64,000 nt of DNA from the human T2T-CHM13v2.0 reference genome, Homo sapiens. Position 1 is the first letter of the stretch, and every line of letters starts with the position of its first letter. Location: the NCBI RefSeq assembly GCF_009914755.1, contig NC_060929.1; one strand, 5' to 3'. Below are positions 1 through 13,942 of the stretch, piece by piece. The translations under genes were made by a program, and so were the position numbers. Below the pieces are notes generated by a model that was not told where the DNA came from, ran no database searches, and saw only the letters and a program-made list of their open reading frames with translations.

Positions 1-85
1 GTCTTGAACTCCTGGCCTCAAGTGATCCATCTGCCTTGGCCTCCCAAAGCGCTGGGATTGCAAGTGTGAGCCACCTCACCTAGCC
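1..85 (-). mobile_element. Alu, left-arm portion cut by the window edge
   Basis: Reverse-complement Alu 5' end (ctcccaaagcgctgggattgcaagtgtgagccacctcacctagcc). Confidence 0.9.
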
Positions 86-2650
86 CCTCCATATATTTTT
101 AATATGTAGTTATTTTTATATTTAAGGTGAGTTTCTTGTAGACAACATACAGTTAGGTCTTATTTTTTGATCCACTCTGATAATCTGTCTTTTAACTGGT
201 GCATTTAGATCATCAGCATTCAAAGTGATTATTGATAGAGTTGGATTAATATTTACCATTTTTTACTTTTTTCTATTTGTTGTTCTTGTTCATTGTTCCT
301 ACATGTGTCTTCCACTGTTTTTCTGTCTTATGTGGTTTTAACTGAGTATTTTATATTATTTCATTTTCTCTCTTTTTTTTTTTTTTTGTTTTTTGTTTTT
401 TGGTTTCTTGGGGTGTTTTTTGAGGTGGGATCTTACTGTGTTGCCTAGGCTGGCCTCAAACTCCCGGGCTGAAGTGACCTTCCCACCTCAGCCTCCCAGG
501 TAGCTGGGAGTACAGGTGCATGGCACTGTGCCCAGCTATTTTCTCTCCTTTCTTAGCGTATCAGTTATATTTCTTGTTTTACTTTTTCTAGTGGTTGTCC
601 TGGAGTTTGCAATATACGTTTGCAACTAATCCAAGTCTACTTTCAAATAACACTATATTGCTTTATGAGTAATGCACGTATTTTTTAATAACAAAATAAT
701 CCTGATTACTTTCTTCCATCCTTTGCACCATCACTGTCATTTATTTCACTTATACTTAAGTGTACATAAGCATATATATATATAAACATACATAATCGCA
801 TACACTGTTGCTATTATTATTGTGAACAAAATGTTATGCTAGATCCACTAAAAATAAGAAAAATAAAAGTTTTTCGCCTTCACTGGTTCCTTCTTCAATG
901 CTGCACTTTTCTTTATGTAGATACAAGTTTCTGACCCCTGTCATTTTCCTTCCTTCTAAAGAACTTTCCTTAAACATTTCAGGATAGATCTGCTGGCTAC
1001 AAATCCTCAATTTTTGTTTGTCTGAGAATGTCTTTATTTCTCCTTCAGTTTTGAAGGATTATTTTGCAAGGTACAGAATTCTAGGTTGGAGAGGTTTGTT
1101 GTTTTTTTTTTTTTTTCCTCTCAAAACTTTAGATATTTTACTCCACTCTTTTCTTGCTTTTGTGGTTTCTGAGAAGTCAGATGTAATTTTTATCTTTGAG
1201 CTTGTGTGGATAAGGTGTTTCTTCCCTCTGGCTTACTTCAGTATTTTTTTTTTCTTTATCTTTGGTTTTCTGTAGTTTGAATATGATTTGTCTAGGTGTG
1301 GTTTTGGGGACATTTATCCCGTTTGGTGTTCCCTAAGCTTCCCAGATCTGTGGTTTTGTGTCTGACATTACTTTGGGGAAATTCTCAGTCATTATTGTTT
1401 TAAGTATTTCTTCTGTTTCTTTCTCTCTTTATTTTCTCTCTGGTATTCTCATTAGCTGCATGTTATATCTTTTGTAGTTGTCTCAAACTTTTTGGATATT
1501 CTGAGGTTTTTTTCTAGTCTTTTTCTGTTTGCATTTCCATTTTGGAGATTTCTATTAAGATGTCCTCAAGCTCAGAGATTCTTCCCTCAGCTGTGTCCAG
1601 TCTACCAGTAAGCTCATCAAACACATTCTTCATTTCCATCACAGTGTTTTTGATCTCTCGTTTCCTTTTGGTTTTTTCTTAGAATATGCATCTCTGTGCT
1701 TACATTGCCCATCTGTTATTGCATGCTGTCTGTGTTAACCATAGAGCCCTTAGCATACTAATCAGTTGCTTCCAATTCCCAGTCTGATAATTCCAACATT
1801 CCTGCCATAGCTATGTCTGGTTCTGATGCTTGCTCTGTCTCTTCATATTTGTGGGTTTTTACTTTTAGTATGTCTTGCGACTTTTTCTTGACAGCTGGCT
1901 ATGATGTATTGGGTAAAAGGAACTGCTGTAAGTTAGGTTTTAGTAATGTGCTGGTAAGGGTCTAGGGGAGGAGTCCTATGATTAAGTCTCAGTCTTACCT
2001 CCCTCCCACCCCTCAGGTGGGATAGGAAGGCTAGAGTGGGCTGGAGTTGGGTATTTCCTTTCTCTCATATGGAAGGCTAGAGGAGACTGGAGTTGAGTCT
2101 TTCCCTTCCCCCAGGTAGGTGAGGCTTTGATAAAACCCCAGCAGGTTAGGCTCCACTTAAGTAGTTTCTTCTGAGGGCAGACCTTGTTAAGAACAGAGTG
2201 CCCTGGTGCATTTCAAAATAGTTCTTTCTTTCTTCCCCTTGCCTGAAGCATAAGGGGAATTTACTCCAGTGTTTATTGTGAGAACCAAGTGGAACTCCTG
2301 GGAGTAAAACTCACAAAAGTGTGCCCCCTTCCCCCATGACTCGGTTCCCCTGTACTTTTTGACTCTCAGACTTGTTGACACTGAGCCTCCAGCAATTGAT
2401 CAGTTCCAGTTCCAGTTTTCCTACCCTGATACTGGTTCCTTCAGAGGTTTCTGCCTCCATTTCAGCTCAGGAAAGTTGTGATTCTTTGTATCTGCTTGTC
2501 TGTCTCTAACTTGGGGGACAGTGGTTTGCCTGTGACTTCATTTTTCTTACAGATCTAAAGAGTTGATTTTTCAGTTGGTTCTACTTTTTCCTTGTGATGG
2601 AGAGGCAACCTCCAACCTTCTTATATGCTAAACTGGAAACCAGAAACTTC
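86..2650 (-). mobile_element. Old L1M element, 5' portion (ORF2 endonuclease start, ORF1, 5' UTR), antisense in an MSH3 intron
   Basis: Antisense L1 ORF2-start motif (gtttcttgtagacaacatacagttaggtct...) and ORF1-like tract (tctgagaatgtctttatttctccttcagttttgaaggat...gagaagtcagatgtaatt). No intact ORF. Confidence 0.8.
372..535 (-). mobile_element. Alu monomer (FLAM-like) inside the L1
   Basis: Poly(T) followed by a single reverse Alu arm. Confidence 0.8.
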
Positions 2651-3132
2651 CCTGACCTTTTTATGGATGAAAATCTTTATTTTCATGGTTCCTTCTGATC
2701 TCTGGATAGGGAAGAGAGATCAGAAAGGAGCAATAAGGGAGGTCATGTGTTGCTGCTGCAGGCCGAGAACAGCCTTGAGGAGCACAGTGTCGGATCCCAG
2801 ACCCTTAGGTCTTCCGGCTACAAGTGCCTATCAGCTTGGAGAAGGAGCACCATGGAGATAGGTGGTCCTAAGATCCCTCAGGGCAGATTTTAAGCACAGC
2901 TTTTTAAAGAAATCCTGCCTTAATACGTTTATTTGTTATTGTTATCAGAAAGAAGGCACACATTCAGACTTTTAATAAGGTGAATGGCAGGTGAATCAAA
3001 ACTGGAGTTCTTTGATTTAATTACCTCCTTCTGCCAATATTTAGGCTAAGATTGGTGTTAACTTTCCTCCAGATAGAGGTTTCCAGAATATATAAAATAT
3101 GCCTTAAAATAATGCTTATTAAAGAATCCATG

Positions 3133-3430
3133 AGACTGGGTGCAGTGGCTGATGCCTGTAATCCCAGCACTTTGGGAGGCCAAAGCAGGAGGACCCCTTG
3201 AGCCCAGGTTCAAGACCAGCCTGGGTAACATAGTGAGACCCCTCTCTACAAAAAATAAAAACAAAAAATTAGCCAGGCATAGTGGTGCACACCTGTAGTC
3301 CTAGCTACTTGGGAAGTTGAGGTGGGAGGATCCCTTGAGCCCAGGAGTTTGAGGTTATAGTAAACTATGATTGTGCCATTGCAATCTAGCCTGGATGATA
3401 GATTGAGACCCTGTCTCTAAAAAAAAAAAA
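3133..3430 (+). mobile_element. AluJ
   Basis: Dimeric Alu with J-type diagnostics (gagcccagg, gtgagaccc) and A-tail. Confidence 0.9.
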
Positions 3431-3847
3431 TTTGTTAATTCATACTGACACTAACAAAAATAAACTTTAAAATGGTGGAGGTGAGTGGGGAAAAGTGAAA
3501 CCTCTGCTTTACAGAATACCAACGAATAAATGTAGGAAGAATTTTTTAATCAACATTTAATAACGACTATAATAATAACTGATTCAGACAGCAATGATCA
3601 ATAGATTATAAAACCTTTGGATGAAAGATTGTTGGAGAAAAGGATATTCATATATCTCAAAGTGTCATGCCACAGGTTATTTATTAATTACAAAGGGAAA
3701 AGGTATAGTGAAGAAATCTAGTGGGTACCCTCTTCAACCAGATAATCAAATTTGGCATCCCCAGTTATGTAAAACTGATATCACGTCCCACCTGATGTGA
3801 TGCACTGGGAAGGACCCATCACCTACATATACATGGAATATTCCTGG

Positions 3848-4905
3848 TATCGACGAAAAGAGTCAAACTCTGTAAAATATTTGAAGAGATTTATTCTGAG
3901 TCAAATATGAGTGACCATGGCCCGTGACACAGCCCTCAGGAGGTCCTGAGAACATGCGCCCAAGGTGGTCAGGGTACAGTTTGGTTTTATATATTTTAGG
4001 GAGGCATGAGACATAAATCAAATACATTTAAGAAATACATTGGTTTGGCCGGGTGCAGTGGCTCACACCTGTAATCCCAGCACTCTGGGAGGCCAAGGTG
4101 GGTGGATCACGAGGTCAGGAGATTGTGACCATCCTGGCTAACACGGTGAAACCCCGTCTCTACTAAAAAATAGAAAAAATTAGCCAGGCGTGGTGGCGGG
4201 CACCTGTAGTCCCAGCTACTCAGGAGGCTAAGGTAGGAGAATGGCGTAAACCCGGGAGGCGGAGCTTGCAGTGAGCCAAGATCGTGCCACTGGGCAACAG
4301 AGTGACACTCCGTCTCAAAAAAAAAAAAAAGAAAAGAAATACATTGGTTTGGTTCAGAAAGGTGGGACAACTCCAAGCAGGGGCTTCCAGGCTACAGGTA
4401 AATTTAAACATTTTCTGGTTGACAATTGGTTGAGTTTATGTGAAGACCTGGGATTAATGGAAAGGAATGTTCAGGTTAAGATAAAGGATTGTGGGACCAA
4501 GTTTTATTGTGCAGAGGAATCTCTCAGCAGACTTCACAGAGAGAGAAGAGGTTGTAAAATGTTTCTTATCAGACCTAAAAGGGTGCCTGGCTCTTAGTTG
4601 ATTATCTCGTGGATCTGGAAAGGAAGGAAAACAAAGGGTGAAGGGGATACTCTATAGAATGTGGATTTTTCTCACAAGAGACTTTGCAGGGCAATTTAAG
4701 GCGTGGCAAGGAAATATACTCCTTGGGGTTAAATATTTTTTCCTTGTCTCATAATGTTGTGCCGGAGTCATATTGAAAAGCAAGTCACAATATACAGGGT
4801 CAAATAAAACCCATCTGATGAGAATCCATGATATGTAGGGCATGACTCCCTGGACCCCTTAGGTAGGAATTTGGGTAAGATAAAAAAATCAGAGTTTAGT
4901 CCTCA
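3848..4905 (-). mobile_element. MER4-group (MER4D/E-like) ERV1 solo LTR
   Basis: The - strand begins TGAGGACTAAACTCTGATTTTTTTATCTT; the other end reads gacgaaaagagtcaaactctgtaaaatatttgaagag. 4-bp TSD CTGG at 3844-3847 and 4906-4909. Confidence 0.85.
4047..4333 (+). mobile_element. AluY inserted in the MER4-group LTR
   Basis: AluY diagnostics (ctggctaacacggtg, gaatggcgt, ggagcttgcag). 17-bp TSD aagaaatacattggttt at 4030-4046 and 4334-4350. Confidence 0.93.
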
Positions 4906-5470
4906 CTGGCAATGATGTTTGGAGGAAATAGCAAAGTCCAAATTGAAAGACATTATGCAAAACAGCATAAGTGCCCCCTCCACCCACACTCTATTCCTGT
5001 ACGAAAGGATACTTGATACTTCAAAAATGTCCATGTCATAAAAGACAAAAAAGGAAAGAGACAAAAAGAAACATTGTTGGGAGAATTAGGGAGATTTAGG
5101 AACTGTATATGTTATATAATAATAATATATTTATTGAGTGTAATAATTGTATTCTAGTTATATAGGAGGATGTTTTGTTCTTAGAAGATAGAATCTTAAA
5201 TCTTTAGTGATGAAGTGTCATGATGTCTGCAACTAATTCTCAGATGGTTCAGGAAAAAATGTCTGTGTCTGTGGAGGAGGAAGAAGAAGGGAAATATGGT
5301 AAAATATTAACAATTGATTATCTAGGTAAACAGTATATAATAATTGGTCGTTGTACTTTTCTTGTGACTTTTAGGAAGATTTAAAATTTTTCAAAAGAAA
5401 GTGGAAGACAGATTTTAATTACAATAAAATTTAAAAATGAAATAACATTTATTCTGTCTTATTGCTTTAG

Positions 5471-5686
<216 letters not shown>

Positions 5687-6029
5687 TAATAATGAAAGCT
5701 GTGAATGTGAGCTATAAATAACATTTGTCAGGATTCATTTTTGCTAAGCTTTAGGTCAAGTAGAATTTAGATTTATCCTTGCTATCTCTGAGTCCTTCTC
5801 TGGTCTTCCTTGTGTCATTTGTCGTGGCAACCCTTTTCTCTTTTTTTACAGGAATAGGGTGTGGGTGGAGGGGGCACTTAGGTTTTCCTCTTAGTGCCTT
5901 GTACTCTTACATGATTCATCTCAGTACAGATGACAGTCACCTGCAGAGTATAATTAGTCATCTTTTAAAAACGCCCAATATTTTCCCCAAAATATCATTT
6001 AACTTACTAAGGGCCATATACTGTACTGG

Positions 6030-6160
6030 ACATAGGTTTTTATTTTAATATTATAAGGAAACTGAATCTCAGACAGGTAAAGTGGTTTGACCATGTCAAC
6101 CACTTAGATGGGGGCTAAAATGAGCCTAGAATTCACTTCTTCTGCTTCTGGGTTCTCTTC
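6030..6160. mobile_element. MIR fragment
   Basis: MIR core-like ataaggaaactgaatctcagacaggtaaagtggtttgacc. Confidence 0.55.
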
Positions 6161-6799
6161 TGTTCCCCTCTGCTAGAGCTGCTATGGAGGAAATCTACAA
6201 TATTTTTCCTAGTCTTTCCAGTTACTGGTGTCACAGAAATGAGACATTTTATGAAAAAGAACACCGTTAGCCAATAGCAATACATTTAAGTGCCATAAGT
6301 AATACAGTAGACTTTAGCATTTTTTTTTCTGTTCAGTAGTAATTGTTTTAAGCCACCAGCCTGTAGTCCTGTGGTGGTTTGCGCAATTGGTATGCTGCAA
6401 TGGAAAATCCATCATGCAAGATACCCCAGAGTCCAGATTTTATTTTGGAAAAGTAATAGGGATGGACCTGAAAAAGAAATCAGGCAGCTGGCCCAAATAA
6501 AACAAAGCACTGGGCCTAAGATAAATGTAATGTTAGGCAGTTCCTGCTTTTCACCACCATGCAATCTTGAAAAACACATCATAAATTCTCTTATGGAAGT
6601 AGTTTTGTATCTATTAATCTGCATCCAGGTTGACAAGAGGAGACTTTAGCTAAAACCCTTGGGACAAAGAGAATAGAGTTCACCAACAGGGAAGAAGAGG
6701 AGTCAGTGCCGCTAATACGCATTTGATGTGAACTGAAAACTAACCCAGAGCATTGTACCTTTCCCTTAAATGTTCTGGGCATTTTATTTTATTGATTTT

Positions 6800-7127
<328 letters not shown>

Positions 7128-8352
7128 TAAAATTCAATGGTGCTAAAAGGCTCCTGCTGACAAGCTTCCATCCCTTCAGTTCACGTCCTTCCCCATCCTA
7201 GTCCCAAGGCAACTACTTTCAACACTTCCCCTTTCTGTTGTATTTCTAAGTAATATCCGTATTTTCATGTCTCTTGCTTCATCAAGTTGACACATTATTG
7301 ATGGACCTCTCATTGTGTTAATTGAGAATCTTCAATTTTCCCTTCCTCTGTCCTTCCAGTATAGTCATTTCACATGTATTGTATGTCATTCATACTTGTT
7401 GTTTTCATTATTATTGCCATGCTAAATATTGCTTACTGATGAGCCAAGTTTGGAGACAAGTACATTTCTTTCTTTTACAACGTTTTCTATTTTCTCAAAA
7501 ATAAGAATTGACTGTCCTCATTTTTTCCATTTTGTTTTGTTTTGTTTTTGAGTCTATAGCTGAATCTTCCTGTACCCTCAGATAGCTTCGTAAAATGCCT
7601 CTCTAGATGTTTTTCCACACAACTGAACCTACTGGTTCCCATTTGTCCACTGGGGCCCTTCCTCCTGGAGCCCTTTGTCCTCCTGCTCATCTGAACTGGC
7701 TGCTGTCTGGGCCTGCGGCACAGCTGTCATCCTAAGCCTGCCTTGCTGGCATCCTAGGAGTTCCCTTACCCCTCTTCTAAGCATGTGATTGCAAGGAACA
7801 AAACACTCGGTCTCACACTGGCTCAGACAAAAGGATGCAGTATATATAATCCCATGTTCCATGACTTCCAGAGGAAGAGTGGGCTTCAGCTCCTCCTTTT
7901 TGTAATTCCCAGGCTCTGTCTTCCTGCCTGGCCAGCTTTATTATCAGGCTAGTGACAATGACTGCAGCTCTTCCTGGCATCATGTCCAGAATGTCCAAAG
8001 GAAGAAGAGACAAGCATTGCCTGTTCACTCTTTCTTAGAACAAGGGAACTTTTTCTCAGATGCCTTCCAGTATCTCATGATTGCCTCATTGCATTTTCAG
8101 AATTGAGTAACAGGCTCCTTCTTAAACCACTCCTTAGCAGAGGATGGCAGGGGTGACTTTGATGGGCCTAGATGAATCAGGATCAACTTCTGGAGCTGGC
8201 TTTGAAGACCCAGTCCCCTGAGTTAAATGATTAGGGAGTTAATTCCTTATAAAATCAAGGTTTTCTTAGGGGTGGAATAAATGTTGAATTAGGCTACTAC
8301 TAATATCAACTAAAGGAGGTAAAAGTTTTGAGATTTTTCATGAATGAAAATG

Positions 8353-9440
8353 TTTCACATGCTTGTTGGCCATGTGTATGTTGTCTTTTGAAAAGTATCT
8401 GTTCATGTCCTTTGCCTATTTTTTAATGGGTTTGGTTTTTTCTTATAAATGTAAGTTCCTTATAGATGGTGGATATTAGACCTTTGTCAGATGCATAGTT
8501 TGCAAACATTTTCTCCCATTCTGTACGTTGCCTGTTTACCCTGTTCATAGTTTCTTTTGCTGTGCAAAAGCTTTATAGTTTAATTAGGTCCCCTGTGTCA
8601 GTTTTTGCTTCTGTTGCAATTGCTTTTGGCCTCTTAGTCATGAAATCTTTGCCCGTTCCTATGTACAGAATGATAAAAGCAAAACATCACTGACCATTAG
8701 AGAAATGCAAATCAAAACCACAGTGAGATACCTTCTCACACCAGTCAGAATAGGTATTATTAAAAAGTCAAAAAATAACAGGTGCTGGTGAGGTTGTGGA
8801 GAAAAAGGAATGCTTATATGCTGGGTGAGAGTGTAAATTAGTTCAACTGTTGTGTAAGGCAGTGTGGTGATTCCTCAAAGACCTAAAGACAGAATTACCA
8901 TTCAACCCAGCAATCCTGTTACTGGGTATATACCCAGAGAAATATAAATTGTTGTGTCATAAAGACGCATGCACACGTATGTTCATTGCAGCACTATTCA
9001 CAGTAGCAAGACATGGAATCTACCTAAATGCTTATCAACGGTAGACTGGTTAAAGAAAATGTGGTACAAATACACTGTGGAATACTATCCAGCCATAAAA
9101 AACAATAAGATCATGTCCTTTGCCGGAATATGGATGAAGCTGGAGGCCATTTTCCTTAGCAAACTAATGCAGGAACAGAAAACCAAGTGTTGCATGTTTC
9201 ACTTATAAGTGGGAGTTAAATGATGAGAACACATGGAGACATAGCGGGGAACAACATACACTGGGGCCTACTAGATGGGGGAGGGTGGGAGGAGGGAGAG
9301 GATCAGGAAGAATAACTAATGGATACAAGGCTTAATACCTGGGCGATTAAATAATCAGTACAGCAAACCTCCGTGACACAAGTTTACCTCTATAGCAAAC
9401 CTGCACATGTACCCCTGAACTTAAAAGTTTAAAAAAAAAA
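8353..9440 (+). mobile_element. 5'-truncated, 5'-inverted L1PA (L1PA13-16-like)
   Basis: 8353-8674 is antisense L1 ORF2. 8675-9440 is sense ORF2 end plus 3' UTR (aaacctgcacatgtacccctgaactt) and poly(A). Confidence 0.88.
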
Positions 9441-10432
9441 ACAACAACTCTATAGCTTCCATGTTCGAATTTATAGTTCAGCCAGGATTAGAATTTTAGA
9501 TTGAAAACCATTTCACTCAGAATTTTGAAGCAGTGCTCCACTGCCTGCTGCCTTCCAATATTGTTCCTGGCTATATCTGTGCTTCATCCATTACCTCTTC
9601 CCCAACTTCTCCTCTTCTGTATGAGGTAGAGGCCATTGCGTAGGTCATCAGTAAAATGCCCCACAGGTCTTTTGGATGGCTTCTATAATACTCTATTTCC
9701 TATGATGTGATAGGTAAAACAATGGACAAACAGTTAAGAAACCTGTGTTTTAGTCTATTCCAATCTGTATGATCTTGAACAAGTCACCTAACTTCACTCA
9801 CCCCTAAATTTTTATGAATCTGTTCTAAAAGCAACTTCAGAAATTATTTGTCAGTACACATCTCTTTAATAACTGCTTAGAGAAGTTTGGCTTAAATATA
9901 AATCTTGCTATGTTTCCCCATAATAAGCAGAAACATGAATTATTACTTCCACTGACTCAAAGCAGTGCCAGGTAAACATTTTAATAATGTCCATTTAAGA
10001 AATGGCCATAGCTTGTAAGTAGTTACATCCTCATCAAGAACTTTTGCTGTGAGCCTGTAAAGAAACAGAGTTTTTCTCATAAAACAAGTTTTATTCTCTC
10101 CCATGTGGCTTTTTCTGACTCCATATTTCCATCCTACCAGCACCCCCAACCCCTCTCGCACACAGAGGTTAAAGGAGTACATAATTACAGAAAGAGATCC
10201 CCCAGGCGATTATAGAAGAGTGGTTGCGTTCTTTACCTTGAAGATATGAGAACTACCATAATTTAAAGTGGAGACCAGCATATAATGATACACTCAGCAA
10301 CTGTTTGTATGTTAACAAGGTATTCAGAGCAGTGAAATATTTTATGTAAGTTAGCTATATTTTGTAGCTATATTATACATTATATATATAATTATATAAG
10401 AACATTGTTACAACTATCTCTTGTGCACTCTT

Positions 10433-10516
10433 TATATATGTATACATATATACATATATATACATATATACATATATATACACATATATATACACACACA
10501 CACACACACACTATAT
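10433..10516. repeat. Compound (TA/TACA)n-(CA)n microsatellite
   Basis: tatacatatatacatatata...cacacacacacacacac. Confidence 0.9.
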
Positions 10517-10539
10517 AAAAAAATTAAAAGTCATTAATA

Positions 10540-10842
<303 letters not shown>

Positions 10843-11731
10843 TTCATTAACAAATTTTTGGATAGGGGGATTTTGTGGCATTTATCAGGCTCCCAGAAAA
10901 TACTGATGGCTGGATGGATGGATAGATGGACAGACAGACAGATGAATGAATCTTGTTTAGAAAGGTCAGCATGGGATCTAGATTATATTGGAGAGCTGGA
11001 GACAGGGAGATCAGTTAGGACTAACACAGTTGAAGTGATAAACTATTTTTCTGTCTTAAAGTTAAGAAATGGCTTTTTTTGATTGCCTATTGCCTTTCAC
11101 TTCACTCTTAGTCTTGTGAACTTTGAAGAGTTACAAAAAATTATCCAGGTTTGCAGGCACTGGCTTCTAGCTGCATCTTCCCTAATCTGTTCCCACCTAC
11201 TTCCGCACCTGTGTTTCTCAACTTTCATTTGGGGGCAAAAGGTACTGTGAGTGCCTTGCAACGGAAGTTTAGGTCTGTGTTTCTGAGTGAGTTGGCATTC
11301 TTTCCACCTCCCACTTCAGCACCCACCCTTGGAAAGCTCTTATCTGTCTGCTGCCGAATTCTTAGAGGAGGGCCAGGAAAAATCCATTGTCCTTTTTCTC
11401 TGTCATGTTCAGTCTTTGGCTTTTTAAATTTTCACTGATAAAAGAAGAAAAGCATACACATCTATCAAATGAAATAATGATTGAGAAAAAGCTTTTAATA
11501 AACTCATAAGTATACTGGGATTGTAGAAATCTTTGTAACTCTTGTCCACCTTGGACATTTCTGCAGCACAGTGCACATTTTGCAGCACAATTATATTGAA
11601 TTTCATAATAAAAGTTACATAATATCCTGAGCTGCTTTAGCTTAAACTACATGCAGTGGTTTATGATAATTATTGTACTTCATTATATCCCAGTTCTTTT
11701 AAAGTTTTAAGTTCATGTGTATGTATATATA

Positions 11732-12720
11732 TGACAGGCTGGGTCCTCTAGGAGGCAGATTCTGAGATTTGCATTCAGGAGGTTCATTGGGAGTGCTGGG
11801 CTGTGTTATGGTCAAAAGGCTTCAGCCAGCCCTGCAGAGAACTCTGAGGCTAGAGTGGTCCTTCAGAGTTACCTCAACTTGGGGTGAGGGGGATAGACCT
11901 CTATACCTTTATTAGTTATCTCTATTAGTTTGGGGTAATTTGCAAACAGTGTGCAACAGATTACCCCCCAAAACATAGCGGCTTAGAACAACAAACATTT
12001 ATTACCTCATAATTTCTGTGAGTCAGGAGTCCAGGTGCAACTTAGCTGAACACCTCTAAGGCTGAAAACTGTAGCCCTGTAAGAGACCCTCTAGTTCGGT
12101 TCCTCACAGGGCTACAGTCAGTCACTAATCAGGGCAGCAGCCATGTCAAGGCTTCCCAGCCCACACATGGCTCTTGCCAAGCCTCCCAATATCTGCTTCC
12201 AAGCCCACTCATGTGGCTGTTGGCATGCCTTAGGCTCTCACCAACTGTTGGTGGGAGACATCAGTTTCTTTCCATGTGAGCATCTCCACAGACAGCCCAC
12301 AACATGGCGGCTGGCTTCCCTCAGAGCAGGCAGGCAACAAAATGAGAGTACCCAAGTCAGAAGCCACAACCTTTCTGTAACCTAATCTCTGAAGTGACAT
12401 CTCATCACTTTTGCCGTATTCTGTTTGTTAGAAGTGAGTCACTGGTTAGGAATGATACAGAGAGGGAATGACACAAGCACGTGAACACCAGCAGGCAGAG
12501 GTCTTTGGTGGCCATCTTAGAGGCTGCCTACAACAACCAGTCACTGGCTGTAGGCTGCCCCAAAGCGGGATGTGGTCTTGGGTGAAGCCCCTCCCTTCAG
12601 CTGCAACAATTTCCAAAGAAGGCAAACAGTCGAGGGTTGCAGGCCAGCAATCTTTCTGACAGCTGAGGGAATAAACTCTTTAGTCCTAAGTGGGATCTGG
12701 GTGGTACTGAACAGAATCCG
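11732..12720. mobile_element. Old ERVL LTR (LTR16-like) interrupted by an MLT1F-like MaLR LTR (~11910-12535)
   Basis: MLT1 motifs (aaaacatagcggcttagaacaacaaacatttatt; gccatcttagaggctgcctacaaca) flanked by LTR16-like halves (gaggcagattctgag...gtggtccttcagagtt). Confidence 0.6.
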
Positions 12721-12780
12721 GTATGTATAGCTCTTAGTTAACCTGAATATTTAATAAACCAGACCATCTTAATCCTGTTA

Positions 12781-13129
<349 letters not shown>

Positions 13130-13149
13130 GGAGAAATTATATTGTATCA

Positions 13150-13477
<328 letters not shown>

Positions 13478-13705
13478 ATTCTCTTTTTAATATAGACGTT
13501 CAGTTCAAATTTGCAATGAATCATTGTTAAAAACTATTTTAAGTGAACTAAAAGATAGATCCTATATGCACACAGCAGTTTCAAAACAGTATTTACCCTT
13601 TTCTAGACATATCAAATTGATAAATGGATCTAACAGGCAAGTAGGAACAGTGATTTCAGATTGTACGATTTAATAAAGTTATGAGAACTTACATGTCCTT
13701 TTTAA

Positions 13706-13942
<237 letters not shown>

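Larger units (their letters stand above)
3440..5400 (+). mobile_element. L1MC-type 3' end fragments, split by the MER4-group LTR
   Basis: L1MC 3' UTR-like motifs before 3847 (ttattaattacaaagggaaaagg) resume after 4909 (aaagtccaaattgaaagacatt...tcaaaaatgtccatgtcataaaagac). Confidence 0.55.
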
